DNA from: Tubulanus polymorphus
Taxonomy: Eukaryota; Animalia; Nemertea
Assembly: GCF_964204645.1 (NCBI RefSeq)
Contig: NC_134026.1
Span: forward strand, 18,944,150-19,008,149
Direction: 5' to 3'
DNA: 64,000 bases
This document shows, piece by piece, positions 1 to 10,700 of this stretch (position 1 is the first letter of the stretch; each line of letters begins with the position of its first letter). A program made the position numbers and the translations under genes. The notes beneath the pieces were generated by a model, which saw only the letters and a list, made by a program, of their open reading frames with translations, did no database searches and was not told where the DNA came from.

Positions 1-970
1 CGGTGAGTCAATGGAAGCTTATCGCCCTCCGGACTCCGATCTTAACGTTTTACGGGAATCGTCAGCGGTTTCGAGAGAATGGGCTTGATTGGATACGCAA
101 TTATGGGGTGAACGTCGGCCTGGAACATTTTCATTTCCCCCTCCAGAACGGGGTATGAAATCTGGGAAATATTTTAGTTCAACCGATCCACCTATAGGCG
201 CATTTCGCTCGGCGTATTACGCAACTCCAGGTGCTGTGGATCACAGTCATAACTGCCTGGATGCTGATTATACTTTGATCAGCCCGGATACTGTTACAGC
301 ACAGTCGGGTATTCGTTTGCCTAAGTCCGGTTTGGTGGCCATGACGTCAATCCTGGACAATCTTACCAGGGTTGGTTCGTTTCAAGATATGGCACTTAAG
401 GTGTTGACGGGTGAGCTTCGCGAGACTCACGCCGCCGTTCATGCGGGCTCCGACCCAGAGTCAGTTGCCCTAAAACTGGAGGGAATGGACCGGATTATCC
501 AATCTTTGGCTCGGTCTGTTTCGCATGTAATTCCGTTGTCGGTTCGGGGTCAGGCTAATCTGGTGTTAGCCTCCTGTCAGTCAGTGATGGACTCCAGTGC
601 CAAAACTCGTCTACCGGATATGGTGTCCAATGCTTTGCTGAGAGCCCCATTGGGGACGTCTTCACGTCTCTTCTCCGGTTGGTGCGCTCCGGTTTCCGCA
701 GAGCTGAGGATTCAGGCCAAGTCCAACCCCCGAACTCCGTGGAAAAAGTGTTCTGGTCCGACGCCGGCGGCGCAAGGTTCGGCACGGACGCAAACAGGAC
801 CATCTCAACATTCAGCGCTTTCTCAGGCGGCTTCGGATGCCGGTTGGAGAACTAGCGCGCAACTTCAACAATCGTGTCAAGCCTCGTCCGGTCGTAACAG
901 TTCCGGTTCGTATCGAGGCAAGGGGAAGGCTCCAAAAAGGGGCTCTTCCTTTCGGAAAAACTCGAAATGA
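1..970 (+). pseudogene. DIRS gag-like ORF1, 3' part, disrupted
   Basis: Same protein as 16655-18004, but CGA>TGA nonsense at 86-88 and a 12-bp deletion near 710. Confidence 0.8.
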
Positions 971-3008
971 ATTCTTGGGACCAGTGGGAGGTTGTCTGCA
1001 GCAGGCAGCAACCCACTGGTCCGACCTCTTTGGAGACGGTTGGCCCTCCCGGGTCGTCTCTCGTGGCTACCGTCTCCGTTTCCTAAGGCGACCGCGCCTG
1101 ATGAGGTCACCTCCCGACATGCGGCCAAAACCAGGTCAGGAGGCCTTAATCTCTCCGGCTCTCAAGGAACTGGCAGAGAAGGGAGCGATAGAACCAGTTT
1201 GCAACGAAACTTCTCCCGGCTGGTTTTCTCGAATATTCATGGTACCAAAGGCCACAGGGGGTCAACGGACAGTGATAGATCTGTCATCCCTCAATCGGCA
1301 CCTAGACATTCCAAGGTTCCGGATGACCAAGCCCAAGGACGTGATTCAAGGGCTCCGTCCGGGTCAATGGGCGGCTTCATTGGACCTGAAAGATGCTTAC
1401 TTTCAGGTTCCAATTCACCCAAAATCTCGGCGATTTCTCAGGATAAAGTGGAAAGGCCGCCAGTTCCAATTCAGGTCTCTTCCATTTGGCCTCAGTACGG
1501 CCCCGTGGGTTTTCACCAAGTTGGTCAAGTCAGTTCAGAAGGTACTTCAGTCAAGGGGTGTTCAACTGTTCGTTTACCTCGACGACTGGTTAATAGTCGC
1601 GAATTCGGCTCAGGAATGTCGGGAGGCAATGACCTCAGTCTTGGACTTAGTCCATCAGCTAGGGTTCCGCGTAAACAGGGAAAAATCTCAGTTGACGCCG
1701 GCCCAACAGTTCACTTATCTCGGCATGGACTTCGATCTCCGAATCGGCAAAGTCTTTCCGTCTATGGTTCGAGTAGCCAAACTTCAAGAAGCTGTAGCGG
1801 GAGTGTCCACAACCCCGAAAACAGCTCGTTACTGGTCACGGCTTCTAGGCTCCATCAGCTCCATGGGTCTGGTGGTGCCCTTAGACCACCTCAGAAGCAG
1901 GCGCTTGCAACAATATTGGAAGGTCTTCTGGTCTCAGTCGAAGGGCAACTGGGAGGCCTTGATTCCCGTACCTCCAACCGATCTAAGTCCGGATCTTCAG
2001 TGGTGGGCGGCCACTACGAATCTTCGGCTCGGGGTGTCACTAGCCCCGTTAGAGGCTCCAGTTCGTGTATTCACGGATGCCAGTCACCAAGGATGGGGGG
2101 CACATCTGGAGAACCGAGTCAAAGCCGGGAAATGGTCTCGCTACGAGGCCACCAACCACATAAATTTCCTAGAAATGCTGGCCGTGTGGAAGGCCCTGAA
2201 GTTCTTTCACAGGAGAGTGGAGGGCCACCACGTTTGGTTAGCCACGGACAATTCAACAGTGAGGGCTTACCTTCAGAACCAAGGGGGCACTCACTCAGAA
2301 ACCCTCACAGGTCGGTCGGCCAAAATTCTTCTTTGGTGCCAGACAAAGGGTGTGTCCCTGACTGTGGCACATTTAGCAGGGAAAAGGAACGTGATGGCCG
2401 ATGCTCTGTCTCGTCGAGGTCAGGCTATTGCGACAGAATGGGTTCTCCACCAAGAAGTAGCCGATCGGGTTCGGGGCATTTTTGGCAATCCGCTGCTGGA
2501 TCTGTTTGCCACCCGGTTCAATCGGAGGTGTCCTCTGTTTGTGTCCCTGTTTCCAGACGCGGAAGCGTGGGGGGTCGATGCCTTCTCTCTGGACTGGTCG
2601 GGGATGCATGCGTATGCGTTCCCGCCCACACCAGTCCTGCCGCTCTTACTGGATCAAATAGAGAGATCAGTCAATTGCAACATAGTTCTGGTAGCACCAT
2701 GTTGGCCGGCTCAGAAATGGTTCCTACCACTTCTCAACCTACTGTGCGACAACCCCAGGATTCTTCCGAATTTCCCATCGCTTCTGTCTCAGGGGATCTT
2801 TCGGCATCATCCAATCAGCCAGTGGTTAAATCTGCTCGCCTGGCCATTGTCCAGCGATCCTTGTCAGCTTCAGGCTTTTCAGAACAGGCTGCCTCCTTTA
2901 TCGCAGGATCTAAGCGGCCATCAACAAGTACCATTTACGATGCCAAATGGAGTCATTTTGCGGATTGGTGTGCTGCAGGGGAAATTGATCCATGCTCACC
3001 CTCTGTAG
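837..3008 (+). CDS. DIRS pol: reverse transcriptase, RNase H and DAM-methyltransferase-like domain, intact 723 aa
   Basis: [21 protein letters not shown] (RT); [24 protein letters not shown] (RNase H); DLFA and YAFPP (MT-like). Confidence 0.95.
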   Translation: MPVGELARNFNNRVKPRPVVTVPVRIEARGRLQKGALPFGKTRNEFLGPVGGCLQQAATHWSDLFGDGWPSRVVSRGYRLRFLRRPRLMRSPPDMRPKPGQEALISPALKELAEKGAIEPVCNETSPGWFSRIFMVPKATGGQRTVIDLSSLNRHLDIPRFRMTKPKDVIQGLRPGQWAASLDLKDAYFQVPIHPKSRRFLRIKWKGRQFQFRSLPFGLSTAPWVFTKLVKSVQKVLQSRGVQLFVYLDDWLIVANSAQECREAMTSVLDLVHQLGFRVNREKSQLTPAQQFTYLGMDFDLRIGKVFPSMVRVAKLQEAVAGVSTTPKTARYWSRLLGSISSMGLVVPLDHLRSRRLQQYWKVFWSQSKGNWEALIPVPPTDLSPDLQWWAATTNLRLGVSLAPLEAPVRVFTDASHQGWGAHLENRVKAGKWSRYEATNHINFLEMLAVWKALKFFHRRVEGHHVWLATDNSTVRAYLQNQGGTHSETLTGRSAKILLWCQTKGVSLTVAHLAGKRNVMADALSRRGQAIATEWVLHQEVADRVRGIFGNPLLDLFATRFNRRCPLFVSLFPDAEAWGVDAFSLDWSGMHAYAFPPTPVLPLLLDQIERSVNCNIVLVAPCWPAQKWFLPLLNLLCDNPRILPNFPSLLSQGIFRHHPISQWLNLLAWPLSSDPCQLQAFQNRLPPLSQDLSGHQQVPFTMPNGVILRIGVLQGKLIHAHPL

Positions 3009-3919
3009 CTCAATTGGCAGATTTTTTACTGCACCTATTTGTAGTTAAAGGTTTACAGGTCATAACTATTAAAGGTTACCGCTCCGCGATTTCTCATACA
3101 TTGCGTGCTTCTGGATGGCCAGATGTAGCAGGGGATCATCGGATATCCCAGCTGGTTGCAGGGTTTTCTATTTCCCGGCCTCGGGTAACAAGGACAGTTC
3201 CACCATGGGATCTGTCTGTAATTTTGAAGAAGTTAATGGAGGCTCCATTTGAACCTCTTTCGGCAGCGTCATTTGCAAATTTGTCAAAAAAGACTGTATT
3301 TTTGCTGTTCTTGGCTTGCTCGGCCCGTCGCTCTGAGATTCATGCGCTTTCAGTCCGACAAGGTCATATTGTCTTTGGGCCAGCGAATGAATTTGTTTCG
3401 CTGCGGCCTGCTTTGGAATTTTTGGCAAAGAACCAACGACCAGGCTCGGTTGGGCGTCAATGGCGAATTGAAGCCCTAAAACATCGAGTGGAACCAGGCA
3501 TCCCGGACAGGACTTTATGTCCTGTGCGGGCGTTGTGTTTCTATTTAGATCGCTCTGCTTCACGGAGGGGTTCACGGGAGCGGTTATTTATTCCGCTGCT
3601 GGATCACCTAAAGGGGGATATTTCGCGGGACACAGTAGCCCGATGGGTCTCTTCAATGATCAAGGACATTTTATTGAAGGAGAATCTTTCCTCGGAGGGA
3701 GTCGTTTCTCATCAAGTGAGGTCTATGGCTACTTCCTGCCAAGCTTTTTCGGGTGCTCCGTTGGAGGAAGTCTGTCGGGCCGCCTTTTGGAATTCACCAT
3801 CGACATTCACGTCATTTTATTTACGGGATGTTTCAGGCCAGTTAGGCTCATTAGCTTCACTTGGTCCTGTTGTCATGGCTCAAGGTGTCCGTTCTTTCCG
3901 ATCGGACCCTTTAGTGTAG
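992..3919 (+). CDS. DIRS tyrosine recombinase ORF, overlapping pol by ~2 kb; true start uncertain
   Basis: C-terminal YR motifs SARRSE (R), HQVR (HxxR), [13 protein letters not shown] (Y), LCPVRAL; N-terminal part lies in an alternative frame of pol. Confidence 0.9.
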   Translation: MSAAGSNPLVRPLWRRLALPGRLSWLPSPFPKATAPDEVTSRHAAKTRSGGLNLSGSQGTGREGSDRTSLQRNFSRLVFSNIHGTKGHRGSTDSDRSVIPQSAPRHSKVPDDQAQGRDSRAPSGSMGGFIGPERCLLSGSNSPKISAISQDKVERPPVPIQVSSIWPQYGPVGFHQVGQVSSEGTSVKGCSTVRLPRRLVNSREFGSGMSGGNDLSLGLSPSARVPRKQGKISVDAGPTVHLSRHGLRSPNRQSLSVYGSSSQTSRSCSGSVHNPENSSLLVTASRLHQLHGSGGALRPPQKQALATILEGLLVSVEGQLGGLDSRTSNRSKSGSSVVGGHYESSARGVTSPVRGSSSCIHGCQSPRMGGTSGEPSQSREMVSLRGHQPHKFPRNAGRVEGPEVLSQESGGPPRLVSHGQFNSEGLPSEPRGHSLRNPHRSVGQNSSLVPDKGCVPDCGTFSREKERDGRCSVSSRSGYCDRMGSPPRSSRSGSGHFWQSAAGSVCHPVQSEVSSVCVPVSRRGSVGGRCLLSGLVGDACVCVPAHTSPAALTGSNREISQLQHSSGSTMLAGSEMVPTTSQPTVRQPQDSSEFPIASVSGDLSASSNQPVVKSARLAIVQRSLSASGFSEQAASFIAGSKRPSTSTIYDAKWSHFADWCAAGEIDPCSPSVAQLADFLLHLFVVKGLQVITIKGYRSAISHTLRASGWPDVAGDHRISQLVAGFSISRPRVTRTVPPWDLSVILKKLMEAPFEPLSAASFANLSKKTVFLLFLACSARRSEIHALSVRQGHIVFGPANEFVSLRPALEFLAKNQRPGSVGRQWRIEALKHRVEPGIPDRTLCPVRALCFYLDRSASRRGSRERLFIPLLDHLKGDISRDTVARWVSSMIKDILLKENLSSEGVVSHQVRSMATSCQAFSGAPLEEVCRAAFWNSPSTFTSFYLRDVSGQLGSLASLGPVVMAQGVRSFRSDPLV

Positions 3920-4177
3920 AATATTTATGTTGCATTATCAGGATCACAGGGGGTGTATCCTTGTACATAGTTTGGGCTCATATCTGCAAGTATTAATTTC
4001 GCAAAATTCTGGGGGGGCCCCTGAGCTGGACGGACTCACTGTGGCCAACCGGTCTTCCCTGTGCTACAGTGCTCCATTCCGTGCTTGGGTAAGTGCTCTC
4101 TTTTTCCCTCTTACCTTGCGTTTGAGCGGTGGTTTTTCTATCTACCTTTCCCACCATCCTTGTGCTAGGCTAGTGTA

Positions 4178-4274
4178 GCAAAAACCATAGGAAAGGGTAC
4201 AGTACTCGACGGAAATATTACAATTTTTGGAACTAAAATTTGTATTTCCGAGTAGTACTTACCCTTTCCTATGG
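4178..4274 (+). repeat. DIRS internal complementary region (ICR), copy 1
   Basis: Reverse complement of the element's left end joined to the reverse complement of its right end (GGAAATA|TTACAA junction). Confidence 0.9.
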
Positions 4275-4597
4275 TGGGAATCCCGCCCACCTGCCCCGCA
4301 TAGCTGTTTTTTTTGGTCTGCTATGACATAAAAAGATGGCGGATTTCGCCGGTGGCTAAATGCAATACCGCAGGGCCGGGTCGTATAGAAAAACCATTGG
4401 CGATAAATCCAGATTTAGAAAATATTGGCAAAAACCATAGGAAAGGGTAAGTACTACTCGGAAATACAAATTTTAGTTCCAAAAATTGTAATTTTAGTGT
4501 TACTATCGGTAGTTAAAAATTGATTGGTGATGATCCTTCCATTTGTTTCCTATTTAGAATATTGCATCTTCAGCTCAAATCGTGTTTTTTTCTCCAG

Positions 4598-4712
4598 GCA
4601 TCTGATGACACGGCTAAAGCTGTGATGAGTAAATTGAGCGCACACGGTGTGAAACTTGTCCTTCCTGCATTATTGACGGCGCTTGAAGAGGATTCATGGA
4701 GAACTAAAACTG
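4598..4712 (+). CDS. GCN1: GCN1 exon
   Basis: ccag|[23 protein letters not shown]...WRTKT|gt. Confidence 0.9.
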
Positions 4713-7700
4713 GTACTTATCTCATTCAACTGCCTAAAAACTAGACAGTTTCATGACCAGTACTTATATACTTTTATATATTCGCTCATGTAGGAAGTGT
4801 TGAGTTATTGGGTGCTATGGCTTTCTGTGCCCCTAAGCAGCTGTCTGCTTGTTTGCCGAGCATCGTGCCTAAGTTGACCGAAGTATTGACCGACTCGCAT
4901 ATGAAGGTTCAAAAAGCTGGCGCCCAAGCTTTGAAACAAATCGGTGCCGTCATAAAAAATCCTGAAATTCAGGGTAAGTAGGACATCCATAATGCATTTG
5001 AAATCGAATATATTGCCCGTTTGTTGTTGCGCTGAAACAATAGATTCCAGATAAATTGAAAGATTTTGTTTGAATGGAGATATTGATTGATATGTCAATG
5101 TTATGTATTGTAATTATTTACACGATTTGATATTTATTGAGAAATAAAATTCGTATTAAGAAATTCACTAGCAATGTATTCATTGAATGTTGTGTAAATT
5201 ATCAGTCCGATAAATCTTTTAATTTCAGAAATCGTTCCCGTTCTTCTGGCTGCCTTGCAAGAACCGACAAAGAAGACGACGGCGTGTTTGGTCGCTTTAT
5301 TGGAAACGAAATTCGTCCATTTCATCGATGCGCCATCCCTCGCATTGATCATGCCCGTTGTGCAGCGTGCTTTCCAAGATCGTTCGACTGAGACCAGGAA
5401 GATGGCAGCTCAAATAATCGGAAACATGTACTCACTCACTGACCAAAAGGTACTGCTCATGATACATGAATGTTCTTTACGCATGCCAGATTAGGCCCTG
5501 GCCAACCATTCACACTGGCCAAGTGGGTTCGTGGTGTATGACAAGGGTCATATTTGGCCTGCTAAAAGATATGTGACCTGGCCGGTGCATATGTCAACCA
5601 TCAATAAATTCTTTACTAAACTGAATAAGTTTTGATATTTTTGATGCAAATGTAAGACGAACTTGTGAAAATTTCTCATACATTGTAATGATTTTCAAGA
5701 AACTCATAAGTCGAACGCTTATTCCATTTAGTACCAACTCCCAGTACAAAGCATCGATATCTATCATTTGCATCAAATCGTTTCTTAATAAGCGTGATAT
5801 AACTAAACCTGCTGATAAAATAACTAAATGTTGGTCTGATTGAATGATGGTGATTGATGGTAATAATTGAATTGTTATTGGGTACACCTTAATTTGTATT
5901 AATCTTCTTACCTGATTAGATTTCAAGATTTTGAATTTTAATGCTTTAACATCAATTGCTCTAGGATTTGGCGCCATACTTGCCGACTGTGATACCGGGA
6001 TTAAAGTCTTCGTTGTTGGATCCTGTGCCTGAAGTGAGAGGTGTGTCATCGCGAGCTTTAGGAGCAATCGTTCGAGGAATGGGTGAAAGTAGCTTTGAAG
6101 ATCTACTGCCTTGGTTGATGCAGACATTGACCTCCGAACAGAGTTCTGTCGATCGATCCGGTGCAGCTCAAGGTATGAATTCACGTTCGAGATAAGTGTA
6201 TTGTTTTACTCAGTATCGAAAAAAAGAATATCACGCGTCCTTAATTAATCTTATTACCTGATGTCATTAAGCTTTCATTTTCTGAGTTTTCGAATTGATG
6301 AATTGAATCAATATAATAGGTGATTTTACTGAGAATCATGGTAGTAACAACATTTTTTGGGAGCCTAGTTTTTTAACATACCATAAAGATTATTGAAGTA
6401 ATTTAAGTGGGTTTTTTAATTGAACTTGGTATTGTAAGCTTATTTAGAAATGTTAATAACGATTGAGCATTGTAACAATGGTACATAAGTAAAACATGTA
6501 TATGTATTTAGCAATTCGTGTTCACTAAGTTATTATTCATTTGTCATGTATTTCCGTCGAGTACTGTACCCTTTCCTATGGTTTTTGCCAATATTTTCTA
6601 AATTTGGATTTATCGCCAATGGTTTTTCTATACGACCCAGCCCTGCGGTATTGCATTTAGCCACTGGCGAAATCCGCCATCTTTTTTCTTGGCGTTCTCG
6701 GAGTAGAACGCGTTGGATTTTTTCGCCTTAAAAATCTGGGAATTAGGATATTAGGGAGTTTTCACTCTCATAACGGTGAGTCCGTTCGGTTTGGGGTTTA
6801 TCCCTGGTTTCTTTTGTTCCGTAAGAATTTTATTTACAAATATAATTTGATTGAATTGAATTGTTTTGATTTGTAACAGGATAATTATGCCACCCCCTCC
6901 TAAGGGTCCGCATCGTGGCGGGGAGGGATGCGGGCATTTGTTTGGCGCCTGGGACAACCACGATTCATGTGCGTCGTGCAGGCGCAAATCTGGTCAAATA
7001 TGTGCAAGGAGCAATCCTTGCAATATTTGCGTCGTGTGGTCCGAGGACCTTTGGCTTCGGGCCGATAAGGCTCTTAAACTAAGAGATCGTCGTCGAGTTA
7101 GCAGGGATTCGTCGGTTTCGGCCGATGTGCCAACCGACGTTTCTAATCCTGTTTCTTATCGTAAAGCGGAGCGGTCGCCGGTCGTTCAGGTCGGCTTCCC
7201 AACTCCGTTCACCGGGGAGGAACGCTGGTTCACCGGCACCGGTCTCCGGTCGTTCACCGGTTCGGCCGGTTCGGCCGGTTCAGACTACATGTTCGGAACC
7301 GAGCGCGCGCCGCGGTAGTCGCGAACGGCCCGCACCGGTTCGGTCGGTACCGGTCCGGGTCGGGCATCGGTCCGGTTCGGCCCGGTTCGGCCACCGGTGC
7401 GGTCCAGACGTCGTCCGGTTCAAAACATCCGGTACGTTCATCGTCTGATTCTGATCGTCGCTCCGGGGATAGAGCTCGCTCTCCCACTAGATTTAGACGC
7501 CATGAGCGTAATAAACGAGCAAGATCTCCTTCTCGCAGATCAAGGTTTGATCGCGAGAGGGACTACGATCGTTATTGTCGGAAGTTTCGCCATCGGTCTT
7601 CTCATCGTTCGTCGACGCCGGTTAGCGATGAAAGCGATTCTTCTAGTAGGTCGCGATCCCGTTCGAGGGACCATCACCGAAGTCGGCATGATCGTCGGGA

Positions 7701-10700
7701 TACTGGAAAATACCTGACTCAGAAGGATTTCCATGTATTTGAGGAGAAAATTTTAAACTTGTTATCTTCGTTGCAACAAGTCGCTGCAACTTCTACAACA
7801 GGTAAGCCTATTCCTGATTGTCCGGTTAGAAGTTCGCCAGCCCACTCAGTTTTTCGGAATTCTGACTCTGAATTCCTGGATGCTGCGGTAGGGTCTGATT
7901 TCAATGAGGATCCGGTCCCAGAAGCGGCAATTCCTTCTGGGGTCGTTCCTGTCGCGAGCAATTGTGGGTTGCTCCAGACGATGGGGGCTTCCCTGGCTCG
8001 CAATGTATCTCCGTCCCGTTCAGTTTTATCCAGAACCAGCGGGGGACATGCCATTTAGAGCGATGATAAGTGAGTTCTTTGTCAAGCACGGGGCAACTCG
8101 CGCTAAGCCCACAGCAGCTCCTCTGGTCGGTGAGTCAATGGAAGCTTATCGCCCTCCGGACTCCGATCTTAACGTTTTACGGGAATCGTCAGCGGTTTCG
8201 AGAGAATGGGCTCGATTGGATACGCAATTATGGGGTGAATGTCGGCCTGGAACATTTTCATTTCCCCCTCCAGAACGAGGTATGAAATCTGGGAAATATT
8301 TTAGTTCAACCGATCCACCTATAGGCGCATTTCGCTCGGCGTATTACGCAACTCCAGGTGCTGTGGATCACAGTCATAACTGCCTGGATGCTGATTATAC
8401 TTTGATCAGCCCGGATACTGTTACAGCACAGTCGGGTATTCGTTTGCCTAAGTCCGGTTTGGTGGCCATGACGTCAATCCTGGACAATCTTACCAGGGTT
8501 GGTTCGTTTCAAGATATGGCACTTAAGGTGTTGACGGGTGAGCTTCGCGAGATTCACGCCGCCGTTCATGCGGGCTCCAACCCAGAGTCAGTTGCCCTAA
8601 AACTGGAGGGAATGGACCGGATTATCCAATCTTTGGCTCGGTCTGTTTCGCATGTAATTCCGTTGTCGGTTCGGGGTCAGGCTAATCTGGTGTTAGCCTC
8701 CCGTCAGTTAGTGATGGACTCCAGTTCCAAAACTCGTCTACCGGATATGGTGTCCAATGCTTTGCTGAGAGCCCCATTGGGGACGTCTTCACGTCTCTTC
8801 TCCGGTTGGTGCCCTCCGGTTTCCGCAGAGCTGAGGAAGATTCGGGAGGTTCAGGCCAAGTCCAACCTCCGAACTCCGTGGAAAAAGCGTTCTGGTCCGA
8901 CGCCGGCGGCGCAAGGTTCGGCACGGACGCAAACAGGACCATCTCAAACTTCAGCGCTTTCTCAGGCGGCTTCGGATGCCGGTTGGAGAACTAGCGCGCA
9001 ACTTCAACAATCGTGTCAAGCCTCGTCCGGTCGTAACAGTTCCGGTTCGTATCGAGGCAAGGGGAAGGCTCCAAAAAGGGGCTCTTCCTTTCGGAAAAAC
9101 TCGAAATGAATTCTTGGGACCAGTGGGAGGTTGTCTGCAACAGGCAGCAACCCACTGGTCCGACCTCTTTGGAGACGGTTGGCCCTCCCGGGTCGTCTCT
9201 CGTGGCTACCGTCTCCGTTTCCTAAGGCGACCGCGCCTGATGAGGTCACCTCCCGACATGCGGCCAAAACCAGGTCAGGAGGCCTTAATCTCTCCGGCTC
9301 TCAAGGAAGTGGCCGAGAAGGGAGCGATAGAACCAGTTTGCAACGAAACTTCTCCCGGCTGGTTTTCTCGAATATTCATGGTACCAAAGGCCACAGGGGG
9401 TCAACGGACAGTGATAGATCTGTCATCCCTCAATCGGCACCTAGACATTCCAAGGTTCCGGATGACCAAGCCCAAGGACGTGATTCAAGGGCTCCGTCCG
9501 GGTCAATGGGCGGCTTCATTGGACCTGAAAGATGCTTACTTTCAGGTTCCAATTCACCCAAAATCTCGGCGATTTCTCAGGATAAAGTGGAAAGGCCGCC
9601 AGTTCCAATTCAGGTCTCTTCCATTTGGCCTCAGTACGGCCCGTGGGTTTTCAACAAGTTGGTCAAGTCAGTTCAGAAGGTACTTCAGTCAAGGGGTGTT
9701 CGACTGTTCGTTTACCTCGACGACTGGTTAATAGTCGCGAATTCGGCTCAGGAATGTCGGGAGGCAATGACCTCAGTCTTGGACTTAGTCCATCAGCTAG
9801 GGTTCCGCGTAAACAGGGAAAAATCTCAGTTGACGCCGGCCCAACAGTTCACTTATCTCGGCATGGACTTCGATCTCCGAATCGGCAAAGTCTTTCCGTC
9901 TATGGTTCGAGTAGCCAAACTTCAAGAAGCTGTAGCGGGAGTGAACAGCTCGTTACTGGTCACGGCTTCTAGGCTCCATCAGCTCCATGGGTCTGGTGGT
10001 GCCCTTAGGCCACCTCAGAAGCAGGCGCTTGCAACAATATTGGAAGGGCTTCTGGTCTCAGTCGAAGGGCAACTGGGAGGCCTTGATTCCCGTACCTCCA
10101 ACCGATCTAAGTCCGGATCTTCAGTGGTGGGCGGCCACTACGAATCTTCGGCTCGGGGTGTCACTAGCCCCGTTAGAGGCTCCAGTTTGTGTATTCACGG
10201 ATGCCAGTCACCAAGGATGGGGGGCACATCTGGAGAACCGAGTCAAAGCCGGGAAATGGTCTCGCTACGAGGCCACCAACCACATAAATTTCCTAGAAAT
10301 GCTGGCCGTGTGGAAGGCCCTGAAGTTCTTTCACAGGAGAGTGGAGGGCCACCACGTTTGGTTAGCCACGGACAATTCAACAGTGAGGGCTTACCTTCAG
10401 AACCAAGGGGGCACTCACTCAGAAACCCTCACAGGTCTGTCGGCCAAAATTCTTCTTTGGTGCCAGACAAAGGGCGTGTCCCTGACTGTGGCACATTTAG
10501 CAGGGAAAAGGAACGTGATGGCCGATGCTCTGTCTCGTCGAGGTCAGGCTATTGCGACAGAATGGGTTCTCCACCAAGAAGTAGCCGATCGGGTTCGGGG
10601 CATTTTTGGCAATCCGCTGCTGGATCTGTTTGCCACCCGGTTCAATCGGAGGTGTCCTCTGTTTGTGTCCCCGTTTCCAGATGCGGAAGCTAGGGGGGTC

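Larger units (their letters stand above)
1..4491 (+). mobile_element. DIRS1-like tyrosine recombinase retrotransposon, copy 1 (5' part outside window)
   Basis: gag C-terminus, RT-RH-MT ORF, overlapping YR ORF, ICR 4178-4274 and right ITR ~4330-4491 ending ...AAAAATTGTAA; near-identical to copies at 6549 and 15475. Confidence 0.95.

Noticed and set aside
3927-4178. Short ORF after YR in each DIRS copy, and other small ORFs inside the DIRS elements
   Set aside because: TTG start, no motifs, frameshifted in copy 3; recurrence only reflects repeat identity.
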